Source of the DNA: Paraspadella gotoi | Lineage: Eukaryota; Animalia; Chaetognatha | Direction of reading: 5' to 3' | DNA length: 64,000 nucleotides | Assembly: GCA_051294375.1 (NCBI GenBank) | Contig: JBJCIZ010000239.1 | Coordinates: 6,619,545-6,683,544, forward strand | Position numbers and translations under genes: made by a program | The notes under the pieces: generated by a model | Databases searched by the model: none | What the model saw: the letters and a program-made list of their open reading frames with translations, nothing else | Told to the model about the DNA's origin: nothing | Shown here: piece after piece, positions 26,006 to 39,569 of the stretch | Numbering within the stretch: position 1 is the first letter of the stretch | Layout: the number at the start of each line of letters is the position of its first letter

Positions 26006-26464
26006 AGGCGAAGGATTTTTCTTGTTCTTTTTTAACTCTAAACTTAACTTACTTAAAGCAAGTCCTAAAAGAGCTTTAACTTCGCTTTAATTTTCGTTCC
26101 TAACAGTAACAAAACATAAAATACATTTTGAGGCCAAATAATTAATTTATGTGCACGTCTTTAATTAATCGATAAGGATTAAGGAAGCCAAGATAGCAAT
26201 TGGGACTATGAGCATTGATACTGGAAGCTCGCGGAGTCTTGCTCAATATCATCTATACAATCACCCATCTACCAAGCCAGTCCGATGCTTACATTTTTTA
26301 AATGAACCTACGCATAATTTTAATATTGTCACAACCATTATTGTTGTTATTGTTGTTGTCGTTGTTGCCCAACTTGACCTTTGACTTTCATTTCCTTTAT
26401 TAACTGTTAACTTACCCTTTGCGTATTAAACGATCTCATTCTCCTGCCCCCCCCCCTTATCGCC

Positions 26465-26572
26465 AAAAAAAAACTCCAACGACCGGGACTCGAACCCCGA
26501 ATTTTCGGGTCCCTCGACGCCATCGGCTGATCGATAACGTCTTCCCCGTTTGGCGGTCGATGTCTTGGGGGA
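26465..26572 (-). ncRNA. Pol III-type structured RNA candidate (tRNA-like)
   Basis: B box GTTCGAGTCC, pairing 5' and 3' ends, 10-bp internal stem, immediately followed by a T9 run. Confidence 0.35.
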
Positions 26573-27030
26573 GACTCCACCCGGGAGACAAACTTTTCTC
26601 CTTTTGTGACTTTAACATGAAATAATTAGATTGCATATTTAATATTTATTCGATAATCTTAAATTGGTTGCACCAATTTCATAAGTTCTTTTTATTTTTA
26701 TTTTGATATTATAAGAATATCTAATATTTGAGGGAGTTGCCCTTATATACAATTGTAACTTTTCATAGCTCCGTGCTCTAGGAGTGAATACGCTGTTTTG
26801 GCGATTTTTGGGGGTCAATTTGTTTTTAACTGATTTGTTTTGTAGAATTGTAGCGATTCGTCACATGACGATTTGTTCTGGCGATTCCAAGACGATCGTT
26901 CGATGCGAAAGGAAAGAGGTGGGGGGGAGTGCTTGGCGATTTTCCCCGAGGGGAAAGTCATTTACCATCTTGAATCACTTTTATCTTGGCGAAAAGGGAA
27001 TTGCCGATCGACGCCGGGCCAACTCGTCCA

Positions 27031-27162
<132 letters not shown>

Positions 27163-28614
27163 AAATCAAACGGCATTTCGAAAAATGATAAGAAAGTTTA
27201 AGGCCTGTATCGCCTGTGAGGCCTGTGAGGACCACCCTAAACGCAAAAACATTTGACTCGTGGGCGTGTTGAAAAATTGTGGGCCTCTCCAACATTTTTT
27301 TAGCAGGTCACCTAATAAGCCAAAATAATTCCTCTAATATTATTCATGGGTGAATGGATGAAGTAATTACGTATAATTAGGCAAAATATTAAATTACTTT
27401 GAGTTTGTATTATGCCTCGGCAGGCACTTGATTTTTTATATTAATATTCATAAAATTAGTTAAAGAAGAAACACTAGAAATACTATTAGCTATTTTATAA
27501 GCTTAGTCAATCGACATGTTGAGTTAAAATTTAGATTTTTCCCCAAAAAATTGTTATTTTTTTAGGGGCCCGTCCCTGACCTCCATAGAGCCCGGACCGC
27601 TCGGCTTTGTGAAGTGTATCTTTACCCCTCTACACGCCCTAGATTCTGACCGGTTGGTGTCCGAGAATTTGACCCCAAACTCCGCAGTCCGAACCATCGT
27701 CGACAAAGTCCGAAGGCGTCTCCTTCGCCGGACGAATTTGGGGGGGAGGGAGGGGGGAGTGAAATTCAACAAAGTCCGAGTTCGTTTTGATTCCTTCTAC
27801 TAAACTGGATCACAAACTTCTCACCGTCATCCAACTTATCGCCGATAATTTATTTGAGTTTCTTTCCCCGCTGAAAGATCGTCCCGAATAGAGCGTAGTG
27901 AAACTTGCGTTTGGACATTATTACAAATTATTAAAAGTTATTAAAAATTATTAAAAATTATTCCAATGAAAAAAAAAAAGAATTTAAAGATTTGGTTTTA
28001 ATTTTCGCAGTACGATCCTATCTTGATGGCAGATTTGAATTCCTCGTCAAAAGTTAGAACTAGAAGTTAAAAATATAAATCTTTTTTCAAAGACAAACAG
28101 ACGGAATAAAAAGTTACTTATAGATTTGCTCCGCGATTACTCGCAGAGCAACTAAAAAATTATTGAGAAAAGTCTCAACCTCGTTGTGATATAAATTTGC
28201 AGATGAACATTTACCGGGAGAGGAGGTCGTAAGGGAGAGGGAGAGAGAAAGAGCACCCTCGTTCCACTCTCACTTCTTTTAACCCCCTGTCTTCCTCCCT
28301 CTTTATTTATTCGTTCCTTTTCCTCCCTTTCCTTCAAAACCTCCAATTCCCCCACCCCCCCCTTCGCCCCTCCCCCTAAAAAAAAAAAGCTGAGCCTCCT
28401 CGACCCGCGTCTGTTCCATAATCTGATAAGAGGCTGTTTTATGGAGTTCGCCATCGCCGTTTTCCACGAGGCATTGTGAAGCGATGCTGAGCCGTGAGAT
28501 TCCGCGCCTCTTTATTGTAAAAAAAGAAGAAAATAGGGGAAAAGAAAGTAGGCAGGGGTCAGGGGTAAGTGAAGTTGGGTCAACGTAATACTTTCACGTA
28601 AATTTTTTTTTTTA

Positions 28615-28912
28615 GTTATCTTTTCCGTAAGCGCCTTATTTTAGCCTAAAGGTAAGGGGTTAGGGATAAAGATTAGGTTGCGAATTAGGGTAGGGATTAG
28701 GGTTGGGGATTAGGTTAGAGATTCGGTTAATATTTGGTTTAAAGATTAGGGTTTATGGTTAAGGATTAAAGATTGAAATTAGGGATAGAGATTGGTAATT
28801 GGCTAAAGATTAGGGTTCAAAATTTAATTAAGAATTTAGGGTTAAATTTTCAAATCATAATTGAATTTGGAGATTAAGTAACAGAAATAGGGCGTTTTCG
28901 AAAAATAGTGCC
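28615..28912. mobile_element. MITE of the TTAGGG-like family
   Basis: Both TIRs present; interior made of ttaggg/ttagg/taaaga hexamer variants. Confidence 0.7.
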
Positions 28913-29157
28913 AATAATTTTCGGGAATTCGTCGTCGAGATTCGAACTCGGGACCGGCGCGGCGAGTTGGCCGGCGCCACTTCATCCGCCGGCGTCGTCC
29001 GCAAAATTGTGCGGCGTCATCGGAAATCTTAAAAGAACGAAAAAGCGTCGAAGCGGAAAAGAAGCGGCGTCGCGTGGATTGGGTTACAGGGAAGTATAGG
29101 GTTGTATACTACACAGGGTTTGGTGGGGGAGATGGTTATTTTTGGGAGAGAGAGAGA

Positions 29158-29218
<61 letters not shown>

Positions 29219-29316
29219 GGAGAGATCTAAAGAGAGAGAGAAGAAGAGAGAGAGAGGAAAGAGGGAGGGAAGCGAGAGAGAGAAAGAGAGAGGGAGAGAG
29301 CGAGAGAGAGAGAAAG

Positions 29317-29395
<79 letters not shown>

Positions 29396-29832
29396 GTAGT
29401 GGTTGGGATTGTTAAGACTGATGGGGTGAAAAAGCGATGGCGCAACACGAGGAAGATTGCAAGTGAACCGCGTGTAGATTTTGCGTGTGTCGATTTACGT
29501 GTGTGTCGATTTGCGTGCGCTCGATTCAAATTTTGTGTAAAACGTTTAGAGTCTAATAAATATATATTCAATAAAAAATTGTTTAAAAATGACATTGGAG
29601 AGAAAACAGAATTTGTTTTTGTCTACAACCGACGAGTTTTGTTTACCAATTGACAATAAAATAACTCGAAATATCAAGTGGCTGTAGACTTCAGCAATAT
29701 TTACCTCCAGATGGAATCAAGTATTCGAGGCAGGATGGTTCCATGCGAAATTTGTCTCTGGAAATGATAAAAAAGTTGAACTATTAAAATGAAGAAAGAT
29801 GAAGAAGGAGAAGGAAAAACAGCGAGAGCGAG

Positions 29833-29925
<93 letters not shown>

Positions 29926-31058
29926 TGGGAGCGGAGGGAGAACAAGAGATATAGCATAAGCAGGAAATGTCTGAGCTTCGCGACGATTCATCAAATTCTC
30001 GCGGCGCCATTTTGACGAGGGGGGGGAGGTGGGTAGGGAATGAGAAAGCGAGTATTTGATGACGGCGGTGGAGAGTGGAGAGTGGAGAGTGGAGAGTGGA
30101 GAGTGGAGAGTGGAATCGACCGATGGTAAATGCATCGACCAAAAGAAAGAGAAAGAGATTAAATGAATGAGAAAGTTGAAAGAAGAAACTAGGCCATGTT
30201 GTCCAAATGTGCCTCATTTTAGTTTCAATTCAGAATTAAATAAGTTTTTAAGTTTAAATAATGATGATATTAATAAATGGGAAAGTAGAAGCGAACGAAG
30301 CAAAAATGATGTATGAGAAATGGAGCGTGGCAAAGATTAGTGATTGTGGCGAACGTGACTAAGGCAAAGCGGAGAAGAAACGAAATTGTCTTATATATAT
30401 ATATGTACGAAATACATTTAGCTTGAATCACGAACAAAAAGAAGCTTTAAAGAATCTATGAAAATTACAATGTTGTTTTACTTAATTGAACTAAATTTAA
30501 AAAAAATATGAAGTTAAAATTCTTTTAAATATATTTTAAATCTATTAAATAGTTTTTTTAATATATTATTTGAATTATAATGGGAAGGGAGATGTTAGTG
30601 TCGACTTCTGGAAATAAAAAAACGAGGTATTTTCTAGCAAGTCATTTATTGGAGAATTTGTTTTTGAATAAGGATAATGAAGGATTTGTTATTCCCATAG
30701 GATAAGACTAATAAGCGAGACCGGACACCGTGTTCCATATTCAGCGTAGGTTAGGAATAGAACATGCAATAAATCCTCTCTGGACAATTCCGCGAACATC
30801 GGGGATTTAGGGTAAGTGAATGAGGTACGCAGTTGGGTAAGTGGGTGAGGTGGTTAAGTGTAAGGGTGAGGCACTCCCCCCCCACAACCGACTGTCTCGG
30901 CCTTGAGAGTAAATCTCGACCGCGCGAACTTTATTTCCGTCTTAAATCAACGCGAAAGAAGAAGATTCCCCGGATGCTGCCGCCGCAGCAGCAGCAGCCG
31001 CCGTCGCCGCCGACGCTCGCTCGCTTTTTACAATCTGCACTTAAGATTTCACCGCTTT

Positions 31059-31620
31059 TTATTCGGATCTGCTTGTCGCAGATTCCGACTCTATAATCCG
31101 TCGGTCCCACCCCAAAATCTTGTGGGTAAATAATTTAAATCATATCAGAACATCGAATTATGATAAATTATGCAAAAAAAATTATGTTCGTCAGTCTCCC
31201 CTTATCATTAAACTCCAATTACTCGTGATTGGATGGATGGATTGGAATGGGATTTTGTGTGTGGGTAGGAAAGTGTGTGATTGAGCTGAATATAAATTTT
31301 CGATGGAATCGTGCGAGTGGAAATGAGTTTAAATGGAAAAAATAAAAGTCACATTCACTTATTTTTTTTTATGAATTCAGAATTGTATAGATTAATTGAG
31401 ATAAAATTTTGTGTGTGGGTAGAAAAGTATGTGATGATTTGTCATAATATCATTTAAGTAAGTAGACAGAGATTCGATTCCTTGGTTTAGATTCCACCTT
31501 TGATGATATATAAAGATCAAAAATTGAGAGCCAGAAAGAATTATCGTGATTTATCATCGGATTAGCTTATTACCGCTTAATTATCAAAGGCAGATCCGAC
31601 ATTGTTTGCTCAAACTTGTT
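31059..31620 (+). mobile_element. DINE-1/HINE-like element, apparently complete
   Basis: 5' tcggatctgc with adjacent partial inverted copy gcagattccga; 3' subterminal gcagatccgac; ends cttgtt; T-rich flanks. Confidence 0.7.
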
Positions 31621-33283
31621 TATAGAGCCTATCGAAATTTCAAAATCGTCTGTTGAAAAAATCTGATTAGGGAAAAATTCAGCATGTACCAGAAATGTTT
31701 ACTCGTGATCATTGGAGCATTCTAACTGCAGATGTTGAATGTGCAAGAGTGAGTAAAGTTTAGAAGACGCTTCTCTTCAAGGAACTGACTGTTGTGGCAG
31801 AATGGTGTCCTTGAATATTTCACAACAAACAGCAACAACTTACCTATGAAAAAAATAGAGGGTAAGTGAAGAGTTTTTTAACAGTAAAGACTGAGTATTA
31901 ATATCTATTTTTAGTTTGGCCTCTTCGTTCTGGCGCATGGGGTAAATATTTTAATTTTGTCGGTCCCCCCCCCTAAATCTTGTCGGGCACTCACTCAAAT
32001 CCTTTATTTATTCCTCGCTTCGGCTTCATCCACCTTTTCCTTTCACCTCACCCCCTCTGCATTTTTGATTGTCAATATTTAAACTTTACTTATATATTAA
32101 TGCCTAATAGTAATACTGCCGTAAATACTACTATATCTAGAGACGCTGTTTTATAATAGCGCGGTAAAATGATAACCAGGAAATGATAAATAATTAAATA
32201 TCATTAATTTTGTTTTCTACTAATCGCATACAAAGTGACACATTTAGAGCATAATGAATCTATACAGCTTCCCCCTTCGCCCTTTTGCTCACCGCTCTTT
32301 CCACCAATCCATCTCCCCCTAAATTACCCTAATGTTTTCTTCCTCCCTTTCTCCCTCTCCCTTTCTCCCCTTAATTCATCTCCCTTCTTCCTCTTACTCT
32401 TCCCCTCGTCTCGTCTCACGACTTTTAACGAAAACAGATTAGATTTTCGCGGTTAAATATACAATTTTGCAATTTCTTTCCCTCCTCGTCTTTTCTAAAC
32501 CTTTTAAAAATAATTAATTAATCCAAACACTTTAATAAAAAAAATATATTTTCAACGCCTTGAAATTTTCATTCGCAATCAATTAATTATTTTCGTGCTG
32601 TACTCGATGCCATTAATGATTAAAACTGAATTATCCCAATATATAAATCAATTGGTAAAATTTTTTATCATCTCCGACTGACAGGTGAAAGACTTTTCCT
32701 TCAATTCAATTCAATTCAATTCAATATTTCTACTGTTTTTTAGTCACGCCGCGATTGCACGCGGAGCTACCCTATAAGATAAGTCGGATGGTCTGTGCTA
32801 CTTATTACTAGGGTAATACTGATTTAATTATGTTCATAATTGGTAGAAACTAGGAAGGTAAGGTACCATAAAACCATTAATTATTATCATACTTTTGCAG
32901 TAACGCAATCGCCTAAAAATGCGAGCACATGGTCAAAAAAATTTAATGCTAAATAATTCATAAAATACAGAGACATTTTAATTAATATTTGGCAGACTGG
33001 TGAGTTATCAGTGAATACTCCTGGGGTCACCGAGATTTGCAGGATCAATCAGGGTCAACAATTTCATTTTCTATCCAACGAAAAAACCGTAAGAAGATTT
33101 CCCTTGTGGCGAAATTCCCGTCACTCTCTCTCTCTGACTCTCTCTCTCTCTCACTTTTTAAATTTGATTTTCGAGGTCGAAAGTTGGACAAAATTTCAGA
33201 CTCTCCAGTGGATACCTCTGTCGCCAAAGCTGAAAGGTGATGAAAAGAGAAAGGAGACGGAGAGGTACAGAAAAGGGAGGAAG

Positions 33284-33344
<61 letters not shown>

Positions 33345-34172
33345 CGACTATAGTCTCTGACAAAAGATTTTTTTTTAAATTTTATTACAAAAAGAAATAA
33401 TTACTTATTTTTCGTGACTAGACAATAGACATATAAATAGTTTGGTATACGAATGACATTTCACCCTGACTTCCAGATTTAGATTTGAAAATTAAAAAAA
33501 AACAACTTTGGAGCTTCTCGAAAGTTCTAGAAAATTCTAGAAACTTCTGTGTTCATCTTTTTCCTAGAACGCCCCTCTTCATTTTAATTAGCTTTGAGAT
33601 TAGGTTAAGGATTAAGTTAAGGGTGAGTTTAAGGTTAAGGTTAAGGTTAACAATTAGGATTAGATAATAGGGTTAAGGATTAAAAATTTGGGTTTAAGGG
33701 TTAGGTTAAGTTTAAGTATTAGAAATTAGGGTTAAGAAATAGGTTATAAATTGGGTAACAAATTAAAGAAAAATATTAAATTTAAAAATTAAGTAACAGA
33801 ATTTGGATTTCCTCGGATAAGAGAGCCCAGCTTTTCCCAAATGATAAACATCGGACGAATAGAGTAAACAAAAAACCAGATCTCGAAAATTAAAAAAAAA
33901 GCAGAAGACGTCAAAAACCTCAATTTGGAAAAAAGTTACCGGATTAGACGAAGTTTGAAGGTAAACAGAAAGTAAAGCTAAATTTGTGACTCACTAATCA
34001 ATAAGCAATTAATATAATGATTTAAAAATTAATTCTATCAATTAGTTACTTTTTTTAAAATATGTTTTTCAATGTTATTCGTTTTAACAAATTCGCCGAC
34101 ATAAAAATCTAGAATTTTTTTTGTTTTTTTTCTCCCGATTATGGCGATTGCGAAAGCGCCCTCGTTCTCTTG

Positions 34173-34211
<39 letters not shown>

Positions 34212-34308
34212 GTCTCTCGTCTCCCTCTCTCTCTCTCTCTCTCTCTCTTCTCTAAACCGCTTCGCTCGCGCTTCTGCTCGTATTCCATTTCCACCTACAA
34301 AATTCGCG

Positions 34309-34381
<73 letters not shown>

Positions 34382-34409
34382 GAAAGCAAGAACGCGTGAA
34401 TCGCCACGG

Positions 34410-34475
34410 CGGGCACCAATTCCAAATCCGACCAATCAGCGTACGGCGCGATCACGGGTCCCAACCAATCGACTT
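34410..34475 (+). promoter_or_regulatory. Probable G-gamma promoter with three CCAAT boxes
   Basis: CCAAT at about 34416, 34432 and 34465 in a GC-rich island ~270 bp upstream of the first candidate donor (34732). Confidence 0.5.
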
Positions 34476-35274
34476 TCGAGTTTCCTACCTCGCTGAGCCT
34501 ATGACTGTGATTCTAAACTTTCAGCACCACAGAAACACGGAGGCAATAGAGACGAAGTGAGAGCACAACCAAGAGACTTCCCGGAAATCATAAACGTTGT
34601 TGGCTTCGTTTTGTCTCACCGTTTACTCAAAAGGCGGTCACCCTTTCAGAAATCAAACTTTTTTTTTGAACGAAATTTTTCTTTATAGTTTTGTGATTTT
34701 CTTCTCGCACAAATCATCGCGTTAAATCTCGGTGAGTTGAACGTCACAAAATGGCGACAGGGACAAAAATATCAACTAAATATCAACAAGGCTTATTTAT
34801 TGAATTAATTGATATTTTATGAAATGGCTGTTGTGGCGGCCTCAAATTCATAACAGTCGGCCACTGATTGAAGGGTTCTGTTATGAAATTGGTACAACTA
34901 ATATGTTACCAACCATTTGTCATGTCATGTCATGTCAAATCACGTGAAAATAAAGTCACTGCGGCGCAACACATTGGATGAACCGATCTAGTTTTTTTTC
35001 TTTTCCTTTCTTCATAAAGTCCGGGAATCAACGAGCTATCATTAACTATATCATTGCCTACAACTCATCATTGTCATTAACTATATCATTGCCTACAACT
35101 CATCATTGTCATTAACTATATAATTGGCTACAATTCATCATTGTCATTATCTATCATTAACAAGACCTCGTTCCTTTTTCCGCAGGCTGACCAGTCTCGG
35201 CGTCGAAAGTGGATTGTGGAACGAAGACGCCAGGTCAGGCGTTCGAAACCAACAGAAGACTCGTTTCGGATCAG

Positions 35275-36645
35275 ATGGAAAGGATGGCCCAACAGTTGGC
35301 AGGTAGGCCAAGGATTGGGGGCAACCAAATGATCGAAGGTTGGAGTAGGGAAAGGGGTAAGGAAAAGCAAATAATCGGGGTATGAAAAGTGGTGAAGTGT
35401 CTGAAAGAGGGTGGGGGACTGGGGGGGGTTTGTGTTGGGTGGGGGGGGATTTGTCTCCCAACACTTTGAATGCCCAGAATTTTTTCATCAGCTTTCGGGA
35501 ACCGGCGGTAAGCTGGCTACCGACCAGGGCTGGAACCCGGGACTATGAGGTTTTTTTTATAATAGAGTGATATGACAAGTTTTTTTCAAATAACTTTTAA
35601 TATAATATATTCCTCTTCATTCATTCTTTTCATTCATTTTTTTCATTCATTCTTTTCATTCACAACAGCGCTTCGTAAGCAAGTGGAGCAGCTTCGACAG
35701 GAAGCAGCGATCGAGAGAATGCCCGTCAGCAAAACGGCAGCGGAACTGACTCAGGTGAGTTAATGATTGCATTGACAGCAGAACTGACTCAGGTGAGTTA
35801 TTGATTGCATTGACAGTAGAACTGACCCAGGTGAGTTATTGATTGCATTGACAGCGGAACTGACTCAGGTGAATTATTGATTGCATTGACAGTAGATCTG
35901 ACTCAGGTGAGTTATTGATTGCATTGACAGTAGATCTGACTCAGGTGAGTTATTGATTGCATTGACAGTAGATCTGACTCAGGTGAGTTATTGATTGCAT
36001 TGGCCGGTTGCATTTGATTCAATTTGAGAGATCGTCTTTGATTGATTCACACTGATTGACTTATTGAGTTGTGTTACGTTCACGTGATCAGAAAGTCTGA
36101 ATTTATACTCAACCGATAATTAAGATCAATAACATGCTTGTTCAGCATATGTTTCATACTTGTGTATGTAGTCGGGCATAGCATAAGTTCACCCCACCTA
36201 TAAGCATGAAACCTTCTGTCGTGACCCGGTCGCTCATTGAGTAAAGCCATCAGCTCATGACCACTAGGTACCGGGTTCAATCCCAACCGGGAAACGTGAG
36301 GACGGCCGTAAGCCACCTCGGGGGCGTGGAAAACCCTCAAGCCGTTCCATGGCTGCTAGAGGAGTTTAAAGAAGTTGCGGATAGCACTGTTCAGCCCTAC
36401 TTAGCGCCTTATCCACATTTATCGAGTGACGTGATTACTTAAAAATTCATCCACACAAGAAAGTCACCTTCAGAGCGGTGTCCGTTATATTTTTAACTAT
36501 CTTTGATTTACTTATAAATAAATTTATTGATCTGTTTTTTTATTTTCAGTATTGTTTGGATCACACTAACGACGACGCACTCCTCGTTGGCGTCGCGCCC
36601 TCGGAAAATCCCTTCAAGGAAAATAAATCCTGCACGATAATTTGA
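35275..36645 (+). CDS. Heterotrimeric G-protein gamma subunit, 69 aa; exons 35275-35302, 35669-35754, 36550-36645
   Basis: Joined protein MERMAQQLAALRKQVEQLRQEAAIERMPVSKTAAELTQYCLDHTNDDALLVGVAPSENPFKENKSCTII*. GGL-domain pattern (VEQLR..RxxVS..A..L..YC..D.LL..ENPF) and C-terminal CaaX (CTII). Phases 1 and 0 are consistent. Upstream acceptor at 35185/35186; probable non-coding exon ending at donor 34732. Confidence 0.93.
35738..36002 (+). repeat. 38-bp minisatellite x7 spanning a G-gamma exon/intron junction
   Basis: CAG|gtga(g/a)t donors at 35755, 35793, 35831, 35869, 35907, 35945 and 35983. Confidence 0.95.
36167..36385 (+). mobile_element. tRNA-derived repeat (CAT loop, Met-like); core ~36223-36293
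   Basis: A-box-like tcgctcattgagt, ctCATga loop, ggttcaatccc B box; diverged copy at 53490-53740 (-). Confidence 0.5.
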
Positions 36646-38068
36646 CGGTACATTTACATTTACATTTACATTTATTTCTTAATCGTATTGAGCGCGGCAA
36701 AGCGTATCTGTTTATTTAATCATTTATTTATCTATTTATTAATTTATTTAATTTATTTTATTTTCAGTCGCACAATCAACATTCGTCATGGGACGACGTA
36801 AGAGAGAAATCTCAAAACGGCGAATCAAACGCAGTATTTAAAAAAAAATTATTTGGTAGAAATTAAGTATTAAGTTATTGGACAGTATTAAAATGGAAGT
36901 TCCAGCATTGGACTTCACTAAATTTTACGCATTTTAGCGTTCCAAGCATTTAGTCAATTGTAGGTTAGTGAATTTATCGCGATTCTTTTCAAATATAGAT
37001 TTAATTAAAATATAATTGTATTTCTTTTTTATTTTTCTGAGTCACATTTAAAATAGCTAGGACGTTGTACTTTCACGGTGGAAACTACTAATTACGCAGT
37101 AAGCGAGAATGACGGCCAAAGAAAAGAGTTTTCAGTTAATCTATTTATCATTTACAACTTAAATTTAAACAATAACAAGGTGGGGACGTTGATCGAGAAA
37201 ATTATATACATTACCGCGTACTTATATATGTAAACCTTCTAAAGTAAAACAATTTTCATTAACCTATAAAACATTAAAACAATTGTGTGTAGATCAAAGC
37301 GAATGTAGTTTTGGTCATTGCTTTATTGTCAAAACTAAATTGGCACCTAAATTTCAACTTAATAATTAATTCTATACGAATGCATTAATCTGCGTTACTG
37401 GTGATTTATACATAATGACACGAACTATATTTCTTATTGAAACTAAAAACGTTTTGTACAATTACAAGAGAGTATAAAATTATTCGACTAGTCCAGAACA
37501 AACTAAAAAGCCCTGGACGACGTAATTACTACAATATATTTGACTAAAGGTATAATAATAATAATTGATATAATTGGTATTTCTCGTCCTACAACTGCTT
37601 ACGCTCTAATACATAATACGTAAAATAGATAAGTAAAAGAATGATAAAAGATAATGAAAATATATGCTAGATATCCCAACCCTTAGAAAACAGTTTGAAA
37701 TGCAGTTAGATATATAGATAGATAAAAGGCCTTATTTTCCCAAAGCGCCCCTTTTCATAACATTTTCGGAATTAATATAGTTTTTTATTTAAAAAATAGG
37801 TTAATAGTTAAAATCAAGAATTAGTTTAAGAATTAAGGATTAGCTAAGTTATTATGGTTAGCAACTAGAATTTAGGGTGAGGTTTAAAAATAAAGGATTT
37901 AGTATTTAGGGTTAAGGAGTAAGTTTGGGTTAAAAATAATGACTAAAAATTAGATTAATTAAAATTAAATAATAAAATTTAATCTACAGGGCAGGTAAGT
38001 TATCCTTCCCCTTAGACCCCTTTAACCCTCTCCTCTCAAAAAGACGGCCGATTCCGGCGTGAAGGCCT

Positions 38069-38217
38069 TCACTTGAAGAACGTCCTCGTCGACTTGAAGA
38101 CCCTCTTGATGACCCAAAATGGGTGAGCATCGGCGAAGAGATACTTGACGAGTCTGAATCCCAGGGAACCGATGCGGTGAGTCACCGTGCTGAAGAGCAG
38201 CACCGTCAAGATGATGC
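38069..38217 (-). CDS. Chitin synthase last coding exon
   Basis: gcgcag acceptor, phase 1; [27 protein letters not shown]...FFK*. Confidence 0.75.
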
Positions 38218-39506
38218 CTGCGCGGGAATCGGGGGGGAGTGGGGGGGGGGAGGCGAAAAAAGCTCAGGCGAAAATCACGGATCAATAAAAAAAACAGGTT
38301 TGAGCAAACAAGGTCGGATCTGCCCACGATCATTAGCGGTAATTAATTAATTTATTAAATATTAATTCATTCTAGTTAATTAATGTTTGTTTTTAGGTCT
38401 TTTTGTCACTGACCACGACGATGATGGCGACGACAACAATAATGCCGATAACGATTGACTTACTTGATTATTTGATTTATTGATTGATTAAATAATTATT
38501 TGATAAATAAATTGATTGATTGAATAATTTCTTAATAAATAAATAAATTTAATTATTGAATAATAAATTGATTGTGTGGATTTATCATAATTCGATGTTC
38601 TGACATGATAAAAGTGAATGCCCGACAAGATTGAGGGGGCGGACCGATGGACCGACAAAGTTAATTATAGAGTCGGGATCAGCTTAGAGCAGATCCGACA
38701 AAGAAGGCCAATCTCAAAAAAAAAAAAAAGAGCTATTTCTTTATCTTTTGTATAGGGTCTGGGTTTCGAAGCAATGTTTTTAATGCCTATATACCTAAAA
38801 ATAAATTAATAAAGCCTGCTTATTTTGTACACGGCCCTGCTAAATTTGTATGCACCCTTTTTAATTCAGTACCTGCTTATACTCACTCTTTACACGCTTT
38901 TGCTAATAAGGTACATTCCAATGCTAATTTGGAATAGCCAATGCCAATTTAGTACCCACCCATACTCAGTTCGTACACGCCCCTGCTCCCGTCGTATCCG
39001 CGCCCCTGCTCACTTAATACACACCCCTGCTCACCTCTTACGCGCCCCTGCTCACCGTAAATGGATACGACAAAGACGACGTTGGCGATGTCGTCAACTG
39101 CCCAAGTGAATTCGGGTTCGAAGAAAAGGAGATAAAAGATGGAGAAGAATGACAACCAGACGGCGTTGATGAGTAGGAAGACGGAGAGGTACGAGTTGCG
39201 CATGCGTCGGATTCCTGAGAGAAATAAATATTAGGGAAAAAAAATGAATCGATGCATCTTGTGAGCGATGATCAATATTAGGGGGGGCCGGTGGTGTCAC
39301 CAATGACGCGAATGACGTCAGTGAAAAGGGTCTTATTGATGGCAATAGCAAAGTACGATGGAGAAAGCGTCGACTCGACATGGATGTATCCCCATCGTTG
39401 GATTCTTAGAGTGGGCAACAAAAACAATTAAAAAAAAAACAACCTAAGTTGCCAAACTTAATTAATTTATTTGTTCATTTCTTTTCTTTTTTCTCTCTCT
39501 CTTTCG

Positions 39507-39569
<63 letters not shown>

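Noticed and set aside
34751-34822. ATG at 34751 as G-gamma start
   Set aside because: It lies after a donor at 34732 and has no suitable GT donor; ATG 35275/35284 gives the correct phase.
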